In this document: positions 9,761 to 21,786 of the stretch, piece after piece
How positions within the stretch are numbered: position 1 is the first letter of the stretch
Layout: the number at the start of each line of letters is the position of its first letter
Origin: Styela clava
Lineage: Eukaryota
Length of the DNA: 64,000 nt
Assembly (NCBI RefSeq): GCF_964204865.1
Contig: NC_135260.1
Coordinates: 7,936,001-8,000,000, forward strand
Direction of reading: 5' to 3'
Notes under the pieces: generated by a model
Databases searched by the model: none
The model's input: the letters and a program-made list of their open reading frames with translations, nothing else
What the model was told of the DNA's origin: nothing
Made by a program: the position numbers and the translations under genes

Positions 9761-12700
9761 TCACATGGGATTTGGCTGAATTCTCATCTCGACGGATTTG
9801 AGAGAGTAAAAATCACCAAGCCATTTGGACCAGGCCACACCATCACCTTCGATGCCATTTGACGAGTTATAGTATCGTCCGTTCAGGTTTGCGTGGTAGC
9901 AACGTTTATACCACCAGCCTCCGTGGTACCTTTTAGCACAGTTTCCAAAATTTTCGTCATTTTCTCTGTCGTAAGTTGAAAACGATTGGCCGCTGTGGTA
10001 AGTCATACCGTCGTCGGCATTTCCCGAGTATCCGTATATCGCTATGGAAAAGTTGGAAGGCTCGTTTGCGATATAAAATGAGCTGCAAAAAAAAACGACA
10101 TTATAATAGTTTTAATTCTTACGAATTTAAAAATAAAATTTATTGATGAAAGTGTTATTAGGGGGACTATAGCTAAGTTTTTGAACGCGAGATGAAGATG
10201 TGTGTGTCCATTCAGTAGTTGCCTATCTTTATTGCCCACTATCAGTTCCCGTTATGTAAATCTAGGAATACCCTTACATCGTCAGCCGTAGATCTATCCC
10301 TTCATTTAAAAACATATTTAGGAATGAGTATTTACGTATTATATTTATAAACTATACTGTTCAAGTCACCACTTACGCCAGTGGTTCTCAACCTGTGGTA
10401 CCCGTACCACTAGTGGTAGGCGGGGGCTTTTCAATTGGTACGCGAGAAGCTTCGAATTATTGCAACAACCGACTTTTGATGTCGCTAAAATATGACAGAA
10501 ACGCTTTATGTATTAGCTGAATAGTTTATAGCGTTACCAGTCCTTCTGTTTATAGAGCGCTCTCGCCCGCTACTGCCCACCTTAAAGGAAACGAGGCGGG
10601 CATATTTTCGCCCGTTTTATTTGTTACGTCCACAATGCATCTGCATTGGGAAATAGGCAACGAAGAGAGAGTTTTGACTTCGGAAAGGTGGTTGACGCGT
10701 GTCGAGATACCATCACAAGGATGTTACTTTTATTATCTAATGCAGTGTTTTTCAACCTTTTTCGAGCCAAGGCACACTTTTTTCAGTGAGAAAATCCCGC
10801 GGCACCCCACCAGCTGAAAATATGGGGAAAAGACCTAATATTCACAATATAAGTGTTATATTGTTAATATAAGATTTTTAACATTGAAGAAAGATGTTGA
10901 ATAGGACATCCTGAATAGTAATCAAATAAAAACAAAGACAAAAAGAAAATCGCCATCTGATGCTGCCACGGTCTGATATAGAACAGTACTACATGATTAC
11001 TCTGCCGGGCGCCACACCGCATAGACACACAACTTGGGAAATTTCCCACGGCACCCCTGACAATATTTAACGGCACACCGGTGTGCCGCGGCACCCCGGT
11101 TGAAAAACACTGATCTAATGTATGTGTTGGCTGATCGGCATAATCTTGACTTTTGAGGTCAAATAATTTGAAGATTAGGTTAGGCAGTTCCGGATAGCGA
11201 CTGGCGCCGACCAAAGTGTACTTGTAAGAATTTTGCGATAATTCAGTGATGGCGATGATTAGAGCCTTTCAGCTCTGACGGTAAACGACGCAAATTCTCT
11301 CGTGATTTTGCACGCGATTATTACGTTGTTACTGCATATAATTAATAGGTTGAAACTTTGCACGAAGCTCTAAAAATGGATGTAGTGCCACATAAAATAC
11401 TACCATAGAGCGTTTCTTGTGCCATTGTTCCTCGCCACAAAAGCGATTTTGGCAGCGGTACGCGGCCATGGTAAAAACACAAAAGTGGTACGCGGTCAGT
11501 AAAAGGTTGAGAACCACTGACTTACGCAATACATCTTTTGGACCTCCTGAAGTATGCGCACCAAGATAGCGCACAGCCTGAACTCAGGGTGTGTACCAGG
11601 GCAGGGTTCAGGTTATACAACATCTTGGTGCGCATACTTCAGGAGTACCCATTTTTTTTTATCTCACCTGTATTCGGCTATTTTCGTGACATCCTCCCAA
11701 CTGGTCAACACTATTTGCAAGCGATAATTTTGCCCAGACGTCAGTAGATGGAGATTGCGTAGACCTGTGATAGTTTAAAAATGCTGCTTCTGACGTGCTA
11801 CTGATCCCGCGTTTAAAGGAGTCTATAGTTGTACGAATTTTTATACCCGAATTCAGTATATATATATAGTACATTGTAATGTTTGTAATAATGATCTTAC
11901 ATACTTTGAATACTGCAGTTATTGTCACCATAAACAGAAATTCTACGCCCTTCAATATAGATTTGTAATCACTAGTCCGACTTATGTATATTGTAGCCTA
12001 CCTATATATATATATACAACTGGTTCCGACAAACGTACAACTAAAAAATATTAGGTTACAGCCAGTGGTGAGATCTAAATTTTTGGCAGCCGGTTCCATC
12101 ACAGAAGTCATATTTTTCGGCCGGTTCCGTTATATGTTTTTTTAGTAAGGCTAACCGGTTCGCTGATCTCATAAAATTCCGCGAGACTGTTCTATAGAAC
12201 CGGTGCGAACCGACTGAATTCCACCACTGCATGGTTACAGCACTTCATTGATCTTTGAACTTCATGTTTATTGAAAATTATTAAATAGGTTGGATTATGT
12301 GATCCCAAAAATTTGAGTGTCAATTTTGTATTAATCATTAAGCATTACTCAGCCTGCATTTGAAATCTATGAGCTTCATCTATGTCAAGAATTGAAATAA
12401 AAATAATTACTAGATTTTGTATCAGGTTAAACTAATGAAAATTTTGTGAAATTCGAGATGAAACTAACTCACCAATCCAATATTCATCGCCTAGTTTTCC
12501 AAACCCACTTGCATAACTTTCCCAATCTCTATAGAAGCTGATAGTTCCATGCAGACGTCGTTGTATCACCTGATACCAATATTACAATTTATCAAATACA
12601 ATAGCCTAGTATATAGTATATATTTATATATATATATATATGTGTGTGTGAAATATCTCTTTATGTGCCGTATGATTTTCTCTATTGGTAGATTGCCCTG

Positions 12701-15511
12701 GAGAACTAAAATCTTGATTGTTAGTCCCGCCTATTTATTTTCGTCGTTTTTATGCAGGTGCGCATGTAGTGCAGATAATTACATAATTTATATGATATGA
12801 CTCACCAGCCAGGAATCGGTCCCGTTATAAACACAATCCGCGATAATCGATTTGGTTTGATTATTGAACGGATACAAAGTTACAGTGTTTTGCGAGTCTG
12901 TCACTATTGTGCCTCTTCTCTCCTCGTCATATCTGAATTCAGCACATCCGTAGAATGGTGGAATGCCGTCGAAGACTTCTGACAACGAAATTGTAAAAAT
13001 GTTCATGGTAAAAATTAACTTCAGCATATATACCGACCGACAATCCTGTGTAATATGATTCCATCGATTTGGTCCCGAGCAAAAAATTAGGTTTACAGCG
13101 GTAGTACTCCACGAATGTACGTGGGTGCAAATTTTCATTGGTACAATTTATATGTGGGTGACAATCTTGCAGTGCAAATGTATGGGTGCAATTGTCCACG
13201 GGAGAAAAAGTAGATTGGTGCAAAAGCATAGAGGTGCAAAATACCAGTTGCTATTTACGAGTGCAAAGTTAACGAAACTTATATATATATTGCAAAATAT
13301 TGTAAATTAAAATCCGAAGTTCATTGCCATTATACTCGATGTGGTGAGGCTCTGGGATGGACATGTGTTGTGATAAGATGTTATTTATATATATAGCTGA
13401 AAGCTGTTAACTTATTTTATACAGTTTTAACAATTTAAGATTCTTCCTAGGTATAGTCCTATTCAGACTTGCGTGATCCGTACAGCACTGACAAAATTTA
13501 AACCACGCAATACCGAATGTATTCGTTATTGTGTAGTTGACTGATATATATAAATATTTTATTTACCTGTTTCATCTCGGATTGTAAATACATGTTCGTT
13601 TGACGGTGTTTCTAGGATTCCATGACATATTGCTAAAAAGTAGAAAACAACGTCCGGACCTCCTGAAGTATGCGCACTAAGATAGCGCACAACCTGAACT
13701 CAGGTTGTGTACCAGGTTAGGGTTCATGTTATGCGACATCTTGGCGCGCATACTTCAGGAGCACCCAACTTTCTTTATTCTATATGTAATTAAATTGTTA
13801 ACTCAACGTGTGACTGTCATTCACCACAGGAACATGCATCGTCGATCATTTCATTACCCTCTCTGGCATTTAGAGAAACCTATTGCGACTCACAAGCTCG
13901 CTATATGCCTGCTGTAGCGTGTTACGCAAATATAAACATATATTTAATCACAACCCATAATCTAATTTAAATTTACCTATAACAATCCTGTTTCAAATAA
14001 TTTGGTAGGATAAAGTAGACTGCTTTTAATTTTAAGTCACGGGCTGTAGGTGGCTATGTATTCGATGTAGTTGGTTTAATGATCAATATTTTCTAAACGA
14101 TACACAATATATTTTTTCCGTGGGTTTGGATATGCTTACATCACACCAACGCTAAGGTCGAGTTTTAAAAAAACATTTGTCTTACCGTTTGTATATTCCA
14201 ATTGCGATTTCATCTGTGAACATAAAACTTACCATGAAATTTGTCCGAAGTAGCCTATATGTTTATAACAATGCGACTCACTAAAAACAGGCAACATGGT
14301 ATTAACAAATTCTTCTTGTCAATGGTGCTACGCACAAAGCGAACACACGTAAACGTTTCTAATGAAGTGCAGAAAATGCTTCTGCGTATAAAGATATGAT
14401 CTTGTGACATTAAAGAATTTTTTATGAACCGTGGCAAAGTTAAGTCAGGTGTACTTTATATTTCCATCAATATGGATGAATTTGTCCTTTCCATTTTATT
14501 GCCTGAGGACCTTTCTGTCGCAGGGTAGCCAACTTAACTGCTGGTTGGGTACGGCTTTCTCCATCATCAAATCCACTTATATATATACATCTAGAACAAG
14601 TTATTATATAACTAATCCCAAACCCGACATGGACTGGTAGCCGGACAATATGCCGCATGATTGAGCCGTCCGTCCTATCGGTGTCCTATTTTCCGAGATA
14701 AATATGAAAATCTAATTATAATCTAAAATACACTAGATTTTCCACATACCTGAATTAGTAATATCAAACAGACGATGAACATCAGAAGTGTGGTCACGTG
14801 GAGTGCAAGTGATGCTAGCAGAATTTCTTTCTTCGAACAGCTCCAAACGTCTCCGGTCTTACGTTTCTTTTGATTTTGAGAGCCTTCACAGATGAAAAAA
14901 AAAATATTGAAATACAAACAAAATTTTGTCGTAAATGATTTCTACAGACTTTTTTGCGTAAGTTTTTTGTTTGCTTTTCATTAGTGTCATGTAATCATGT
15001 TGGCTTAAGCCTATCTAGTAAATGAATGTTTATTTATTATTTGCATTTAAAATTTACATATAAGAAATTATTCTGGATACTGGCGTTAGAATATTTTCTG
15101 TTGCTCCGGTAGTATGTGAACCAAGATGGAGGACACCGGAACGTAGCATGTGTACCAGATTAGGGTTGGGATATAATTTTATTCCAATTTTCCTTATTTT
15201 AGTTCTATTAAGAGTTCGGGGATTAGCCGAAATTATATTTTATACCTGAAATTATAGCCTAACCCCAACCTGGTACACATACTACGTTCCGGTGTCTGCC
15301 ATCTTGGTTCACATACTTTGGTGTACCAATTATCCATTACATTCAGAGAACGCAAAATGTAATAAAGTACATGAGTACCCATTTCCCTACTATCGCTTTC
15401 CTTGTGTTGTGTCGTTTGAGGGTTCACGCGAGTGTTATTGCGAGATACTGGAACTTCATATTCTTCGTATTCATTTTCTTCTAATTCCGCAGAATTGGTA
15501 TACACATCCAT
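9761..15511 (-). CDS. Type II transmembrane fibrinogen-related-domain receptor (FIBCD1/ficolin-like), ~347 aa
   Basis: Exons 15511-15379, 14883-14750 (TM ILLASLALHVTTLLMFIVCLILLI), 14254-14233, 13632-13567, 12978-12806, 12569-12473 (VIQRRLHGTISFYRDW..GFG..EYWIG), 11764-11668 (LRNLHLLT), 10082-9761 (FSTYDRENDE, GGWWY, ANLNGRY). Total 1044 nt in frame. Confidence 0.88.
10379..11519. mobile_element. Non-autonomous hAT element
   Basis: TIR CAGTGGTTCTCAACC / GGTTGAGAACCACTG; perfect 8-bp TSD ACTTACGC. Confidence 0.92.
10743..11112. mobile_element. hAT MITE nested in the 10379-11519 element
   Basis: TIR CAGTGTTTTTCAACC / GGTTGAAAAACACTG; perfect 8-bp TSD ATCTAATG. Confidence 0.92.
11543..11646. 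mobile_element. ~100-bp palindromic MITE (short form; also at 13659-13760 and 53539-53641)
   Basis: CTCCTGAAGTATGCGCACCAAGAT...ATCTTGGTGCGCATACTTCAGGAG forms a near-perfect foldback; three dispersed copies. Confidence 0.8.
12063..12229. mobile_element. Small hAT-like MITE
   Basis: CAGTGGTG / CACCACTG termini, internal CCGGTTC repeats, GGTTACAGC on both flanks (offset on the right). Confidence 0.6.
13659..13760. mobile_element. Palindromic MITE copy
   Basis: Near-identical to 11543-11646. Confidence 0.8.
14505..14712 (+). mobile_element. Truncated SINE copy in an intron of the fibrinogen-domain gene
   Basis: GGCTTTCTCCATCATCA, CTAATCCCAAACCCGACATG and GATAAATATGAAAATC match the SINE body. 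Confidence 0.65.
15104..15323. mobile_element. ~220-bp MITE with long TIRs (long form; also 16557-16778 and partial 60660-60800)
   Basis: AGTATGTGAACCAAGATGG..GACACCGGAACGTAG..TGTGTACCAG is mirrored at the right end. Shares its terminal motif with the short palindromic family and has TTAGGG inside the arms. Confidence 0.8.
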
Positions 15512-16556
15512 ACTTGTGCTATAAAGCTACTAACCGAAGACACTGTAAATGAGTGGTAATAATAGTCTATGTCAGATATAGACGAAAACTCATTTTGAAA
15601 TTAATAACGTTTGATAACGGAAAACATCTATTGTGAAACTTTCTCTGATACAGGACTCCTCGACCTATTGAAATCACTGGATACTCGTTTTTATTCATTG
15701 GTTTTATTTAATACATTAGTTATAACTACCTAAAAATATTATACCGTCATCAATTCTCGATTTTCATATTCGCTTCGAAAAACGATATAAATACGAATTA
15801 CTTCAACTGATATATCATAGGTTGAAAGAGAGCTGACGCCCAACCTCGACGCGATGTCTCGGACTTGCTAGGCTGTTACTTGTTATAGGCTAACACCAGA
15901 CTGCGTATATAGCCTAAAATGACGTCTTTGGGAAAAATAATAGCCTTTGTATACGACAGTCATCAGTATTCGATGTCTAAATGAAATTAGCTAAATTGAG
16001 TCTGTCCACACAGTTGAATGAAATTTCGTGTCAAACTATTTTCAGTCCTAATCATGAATACTGAAAGTTTATTCAACCTATATAATTCGTAGAACTTGAA
16101 AAGTTTGAAGTACAACAAACGTGTTGTTTAGGAACAATACGAAAGTGCATGTACTGCAAGTTGCTCAAATCGAATATCCAATTCAAATATTAAACATATT
16201 ACAGACCGATATTGAAGATGATGACGAGTAATATCTCGACTATTATGGTCCGTTAGTAACAAGTGTCATCACAGCGCCGAGTCTATTATTAAGAAAGCAA
16301 GCAATGTGTTCTGTTATATCTAAATTAGACTCTCCATGCCATGAATCATAGATTAACTTATTATAGGAACAATCATTGAATGATGTCAAATAATTTCAGT
16401 CGATCCTTCACGCATGTATCAAAGTGAGCACCCTGTGCGACTACAAAATAATGTGATCTGAATTGCAATCGGCTTATGGACACGAAATGTACATGTGGAT
16501 CGTTTTGTTATTACGTTGGTTGTTGATCATTTTGTTGTTAGTATTGCTTTTGGTAC

Positions 16557-16778
16557 TTCCATAGTATGTGCAACAAGATGGCGGACACCGGAACGTATTA
16601 TGTGTATCAGATTAGGGTTAGGCCATAATTTCATGTACAAATACTACGGGAGTCACTTGGCTAGTCCCCGAACTCGGGATAGAACCAGAACAAGGTAAAT
16701 TGAAATAAAATTATGGCCTATCCCTTACTTTGTGCATATACTATGTTCAGGTGTCCGCCATCCTGCTGCACATACTAC
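16557..16778. mobile_element. Long-form MITE copy, with a ~240-bp insertion at its right end flanked by CACATACTAC direct repeats (16769-16778, 17021-17030)
   Basis: Sequence similarity to 15104-15323; the 10-bp direct repeat is read directly from the sequence. Confidence 0.7.
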
Positions 16779-19057
16779 GGGCGCCTTTCCTTTTTCTCTT
16801 CTCTTTGTGAAAAGAAATCGCTTTTCTCCATAACTATTGGACCAATCGCTTTAAAATTTTCAGTGGTTGAAAACTGTATTTCAAACATTTCTGTAGACTT
16901 TATGAGATTTGTTTTTGTGTGCCATGACGTCATCAAAAATTGCGCAACCCGTGGTGGTTCCGCGTTTGATTTAAGTCGCGAAGATTGCTCTAGTCTACTG
17001 TGACAGATTGTATACCGATACACATACTACTTCGTTTTCGCTTTCGTGTCCACATATTCGAGAATTGCTCTTTTCGTATTCTTTTAATGATATAGTTGAC
17101 ACAAATTATATTTTTTATTTACAAATGACTGTATTATTTTCAACCATTTCATTGCAGCTTTATCTGAACACATGAAACTTACTGAAAACACATTTTAATC
17201 ACATAAGTACTGTATTAAAATTTGGTTTTTGATTGGCTATACTGAAATTCTAAAAACTGTATCTCAAACGAGTCAAAAAACAAAACTAAAGTATTTTTAT
17301 TTAACAATAATTTTGAAGTTGCGATACGTTGCGTTATCCCTAACTTCATAATATAATGTATTCTCGAACCAATCCAATTTCTTATTCCTCATTAAATATC
17401 GTAAAACCTCAAATATTTCGTTCTTCGCGAATAAAAAAATCAAAGAAGATTTATGAAGAAATCAACGCGGGATTAAGTAAAAAAAAATTTCCCGTTATTA
17501 TCGAACAGGGTTGACGTGAATAATTAGATATTTACAACTAACCTTGAAAGGAAAATCTGCGCATCGTTTTATGTTAGGCAGAGGGCGTGTTCGATGTGGC
17601 GTAGGGCCACAGGACTGGTTTTATGTTGCTGGTCATACTTTTCGATAATGTTTTTGAGTTTTAACATATTGTTATATTGATAATTCGGATTTTTCAATAT
17701 TTTACATATTTATTTTCGATTCTCACACACAGCCAAGTAACAGATTTTGGTTATGCCTATTATCAAATTTTTCAACGTTAGACTATTAAAACAAAATTGA
17801 ATCGAGTATTTTTGAATTGGATGATAATATGAGCTGTTTGATCTCTGGTGGCAAATGTTATAATAAATATTATTTTAAATACATCGTGCAATTATGCGCG
17901 AAATTTGTAACCCAAGTAGCATTAGCGTAGAAACGACATGCTGCCACCAGCCGCATAAATTCATTCTCAATTAATCTTTGTCGGTTTCCAACTTTTTGTA
18001 ACTTATATATGGGGTCTTATAAAATAATGGCAGATCTGGGAGTTCATAACACGTATATGTAAACCCGTTATTCAAACTTCTGCTATACCTAAAGCAATGT
18101 ACTGCAATATTTCAATTTGCAAAACCTATGTGTATAATGACACTGTGTCAACCACCAAAAACACACTATTTGAAGCATCTCCATATTCGATTAACGCTGC
18201 GGCGTTGCAATCTGAGAAACACGAACGTCCCGCAAAATGTAAACTAAATTTGCCACTTATTTATTACCCTTACACTTATTTATTGGACACATTTAAGTTT
18301 TCACCGCAGCTAGTAAACTAAATCAATTTAAAATCCCTGTACTTAAATATGGCAATGTCACTTTTCTTCAAATGCCGTTATTTTTTGGAAACCGGTTCTC
18401 AGCTAAGACTTACCGGTACCTTTGCGAATTGCTATGGTATTATTTGAATTCTTGTCTTCGCCATGCGAATAAGCAGATGAAAGATTTCTGTGTGTAGTTC
18501 GCAGAAGCCACTGATGTACTGCGGTCATTCATTTGACGGTAATGTCATAGTATTTTCTCATTGTTTTAACTATTGTCTATTATTTTATAGAAAAAAGTCA
18601 GGAGTTTGACTAGATCGCAAGGTCAACAAGGTCGAAAGACACCTGAAGGAAATTCCTATAACGATCAGACACTTAGGCAACATTTTCGCAGTTTTCAAAA
18701 CACTTGATTTAAATCTAGAGAAATAACAGTCTACATCGGTTGCTTGTAGATCGTTACTTAATCAGTTAAAACAATTACTTAATGGGAGACTTTTAGCTGT
18801 TGCAGCATTCTAGTCCGCAACACTTCCCGAAATCGGTTCAGCATTTGATATAATCGACTTATTTTTGTGTGATTACTTGTTAATATTCTTTAAAATTGGT
18901 AAAAATTCAAATGAATCCCACCAAAAGCCATTAAAGGCAAGATGATATGCTGGAAGTAACAAGGCGGAATCTTGTAGGAATGGCTTAAAATAGGAAAATG
19001 TTATCCTAAATTACTCGTACAGAACATATTTTGTTTATCACCACAATGGCTATAGAC

Positions 19058-19366
19058 CAGTGGTGGGCTAGGTTTTTAGAAAAAGGGTCAACAATTTTGC
19101 CCATCTAGAATGGCGGGCCACCTAAGTGTGAGCTAAAAAGTTAAATTCTATGAACAATATTTTTAGCGTTACAAAAGAAAGAAGGGAAATCAATAAGCCT
19201 CGTGCCAAAACTACATTTCATCGCAATCTCAACAAATTCTACAAGTTGATTTTTTACTAAAATATCAAATTTGGTTTTAGTTTGATTGTGGCAGCGTCAA
19301 GCGGGTCAAGATTAAATTACCCAACGTGTCGGATTTGGCCCGCGGGCCGTAGCTTGCCCATGTCAG
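19058..19366. mobile_element. hAT MITE
   Basis: CAGTGGTGGGC / GCTTGCCCATGTCAG termini, GGCCCGCGGGCC subterminal motif, TSD CTATAGAC vs CTATGGAC (7/8). Confidence 0.75.
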
Positions 19367-19454
19367 CTATGGACTATAAACGGATTGCTCTTATATTAAG
19401 TAGGAATTGAGTAAACATTATATATATATATAGGCATATATAGATATATACAAA

Positions 19455-21632
19455 TTAAACTTTGCTCTCAGATGAATCGGAAGCATCGCCATCCAGAAGT
19501 TCTTGCAAATCAATCATTGATGACATTATTTCCTGCTTATCTTCTTCATCCAATGCATCTGAGATGGTAACGTCATTGATGGCATCTGTCACGATATTGA
19601 GGGCTTTGTCGCGTTTTTTCAATCCGTAATTACAATATGCCAATAGGTACTTATTGTAGAAATTTAAGTATTGCGATATTTCATCGACTTCACCACCTAT
19701 TATATTGTCAATTGTGTGAGAAACATCTGCAGCATCTTGCCAGTTCTCAAGTTCTGTATGTAGAAGAGACATACCAAGTAAAGTAGCGCTTTCGGCGTAC
19801 ATTTTTGCCGTTTTCTCAACGTTTTTTATATCCTTCAAATTAGTTAGTATTTCGTTAGCAAAGGAAACTATGTATGGTCTCAAAGTAGGCAGGTATTGTC
19901 CACCTTCCTTTTGAATTTCACTCGTTGCGCTTGCTATAGAAAACATGCATTCTGCCATTTTAAGTGCTGCGTCATCGGGTGAGAAAGTTTCCACGTCTTC
20001 AACATTTGTTGAACCTTTTTTGAGAGAATTGTCGTCTGTATCCGCGCTTCCTGCCATTTGAACTGCTGCGTCATCGGTGGAAAGCGTTTCCTTCTTTTCA
20101 ACATTTGTCGAGCCTTTTTTAAGAGAATGGTCGCCTGTATCCGCGTTTCTGTTGTTAACACAACAGTCTTCGTCTCTTGGATTTTGGCGTGTTACATTAT
20201 CATCATTAATGATATTCGCGTCAGCCTCACTGAAGGTACCAGTTTTACCGGCTTTGGCTCCTCCGCCTTCACTGTCACGGCTGTCAGACGACAACTTTTC
20301 ATTTACGTCAAAAGTTGTGCTAGAGTCACATTTGCAGACAAGCCAGTACGATACTGCTCTGTATGTTATTATGGCACGAAAATATTTCTTTTCTCTTTCC
20401 CACTCTTCTCCTAAAGCTTGAATTGTATCCATACCAATGCCCGATTGCGATTTTGTGATTTCGTCAAACTTTTCTAACGTTTTTATGAATTCCGTTTCGT
20501 TTCCCGTTCTTGCAAAGTGGTCGGCCGTAGCACCAAGTGTTAAAATTTGACTGTTTTGAAGAGTTTGAAATAGCACGATTTCTCTGATCACTGAAGTAAT
20601 TTATTATATTAAGATTAATTAAAAAATGCATAGGTGATTAAAATATCTGACTTTATTCATTAGAAATCTTTTGTGCCGCGAATATTTCACATTTTGATCA
20701 TGTGGAATTTGAAATTCATGCTAGTCATAATGCGAAATCAAAACATTGAAAATAATATTTACATTTGTCAAAGCTATCTTGCTTATCTTCTTTGTAACAC
20801 TCGACGGATTGTTGTCTTGAAATATTTGGCCTTTTATCTGACGATAAAACAGGATTTTATTCACATACTAAGTATTTTACACGATGTTGATGGATAATGT
20901 TTAGAAGCATTACATGGCTTATAGGGAAGCATTCAGCAGCATGCGCAGTTGGATAACGGTATTAATAGATTGCTGATTGTTTACTAGGCTGCCTATTCAA
21001 ATAATGAAAATAGCAAAACCTGGTGATCGTAATTCAGTAACAAAGCAAATAAAAATTCGATAATGTATTTGTATTCGAATCGAAGGCAGTCGATAAACTT
21101 CATTCCTGCATTACCCATGATCAGTGAATGGTATAACATGACATGCATTCCTAACATTACACTGATTTAATAGTTGAGATTTTAAATAAATTTTGGATTT
21201 TAAATAATATTCAAGTAATATGAATACACTATTTTGTTCATCTTATAGTATAAATTATCAGTGATTCGGTATTGATACCTTATCCGTGTATTATGCAACA
21301 TAGACATAGCATACTAACACGTTGACATACAATATTATAAGCAAATTGTAAATAGCAGGATGTGTGATTCAAATCAAAACTTTCAAAACAGTGATGTTCT
21401 CAATTTATATAGGAATTAACGGATAAAATGATTGTAAGGTGCTGGCCGTAGGGTTTTAATAAAATAATAAAAATTTATACTTACTCATATTATTAACAAT
21501 GCTGACAATCGTTTCAAATATGTTATTTGTACTTCCATGGCCGATTTGTAATTGTAATACAGCTCCCGATGCTACGCTGATATTGGTTTGAAATTGAGAT
21601 TGACTCGGGCCTGGCTGTTCAGACATTGTCAT
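19455..21632 (-). CDS. RHIM-like motif plus helical/TPR-like C-terminal protein, ~452 aa
   Basis: Exons 21632-21485, 20837-20763, 20590-19455 (phase-1 GT-AG introns, 1359 nt in frame). N-terminal NISVASGAVLQLQIGHGSTNNI; 33-aa tandem duplication; C-terminal LAYCNYGLKKRDKALNIV TPR-like helix pair. Confidence 0.72.
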
Positions 21633-21786
21633 ATACTTCAAAGATACTTTATTATCTCTAACTTTTGTTTCCTTGCGATACCACAACGGCCATTTTACGG
21701 ATAAACAATCATTTCACTGACCATGAAAGTCTGCTGATTGCATTGAACTAAATACTTCGACAGAATACCGTTGTAACTGGTGGTAT

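Noticed and set aside
11901-11997. Candidate for the middle exon of the fibrinogen domain
   Set aside because: Contains in-frame stops; 11764-11668 supplies the canonical GLRNLHLLT exon.
13080-13270. Periodic GGTGCAA motifs
   Set aside because: Most likely subterminal repeats of a decayed MITE; boundaries and TSD could not be resolved.
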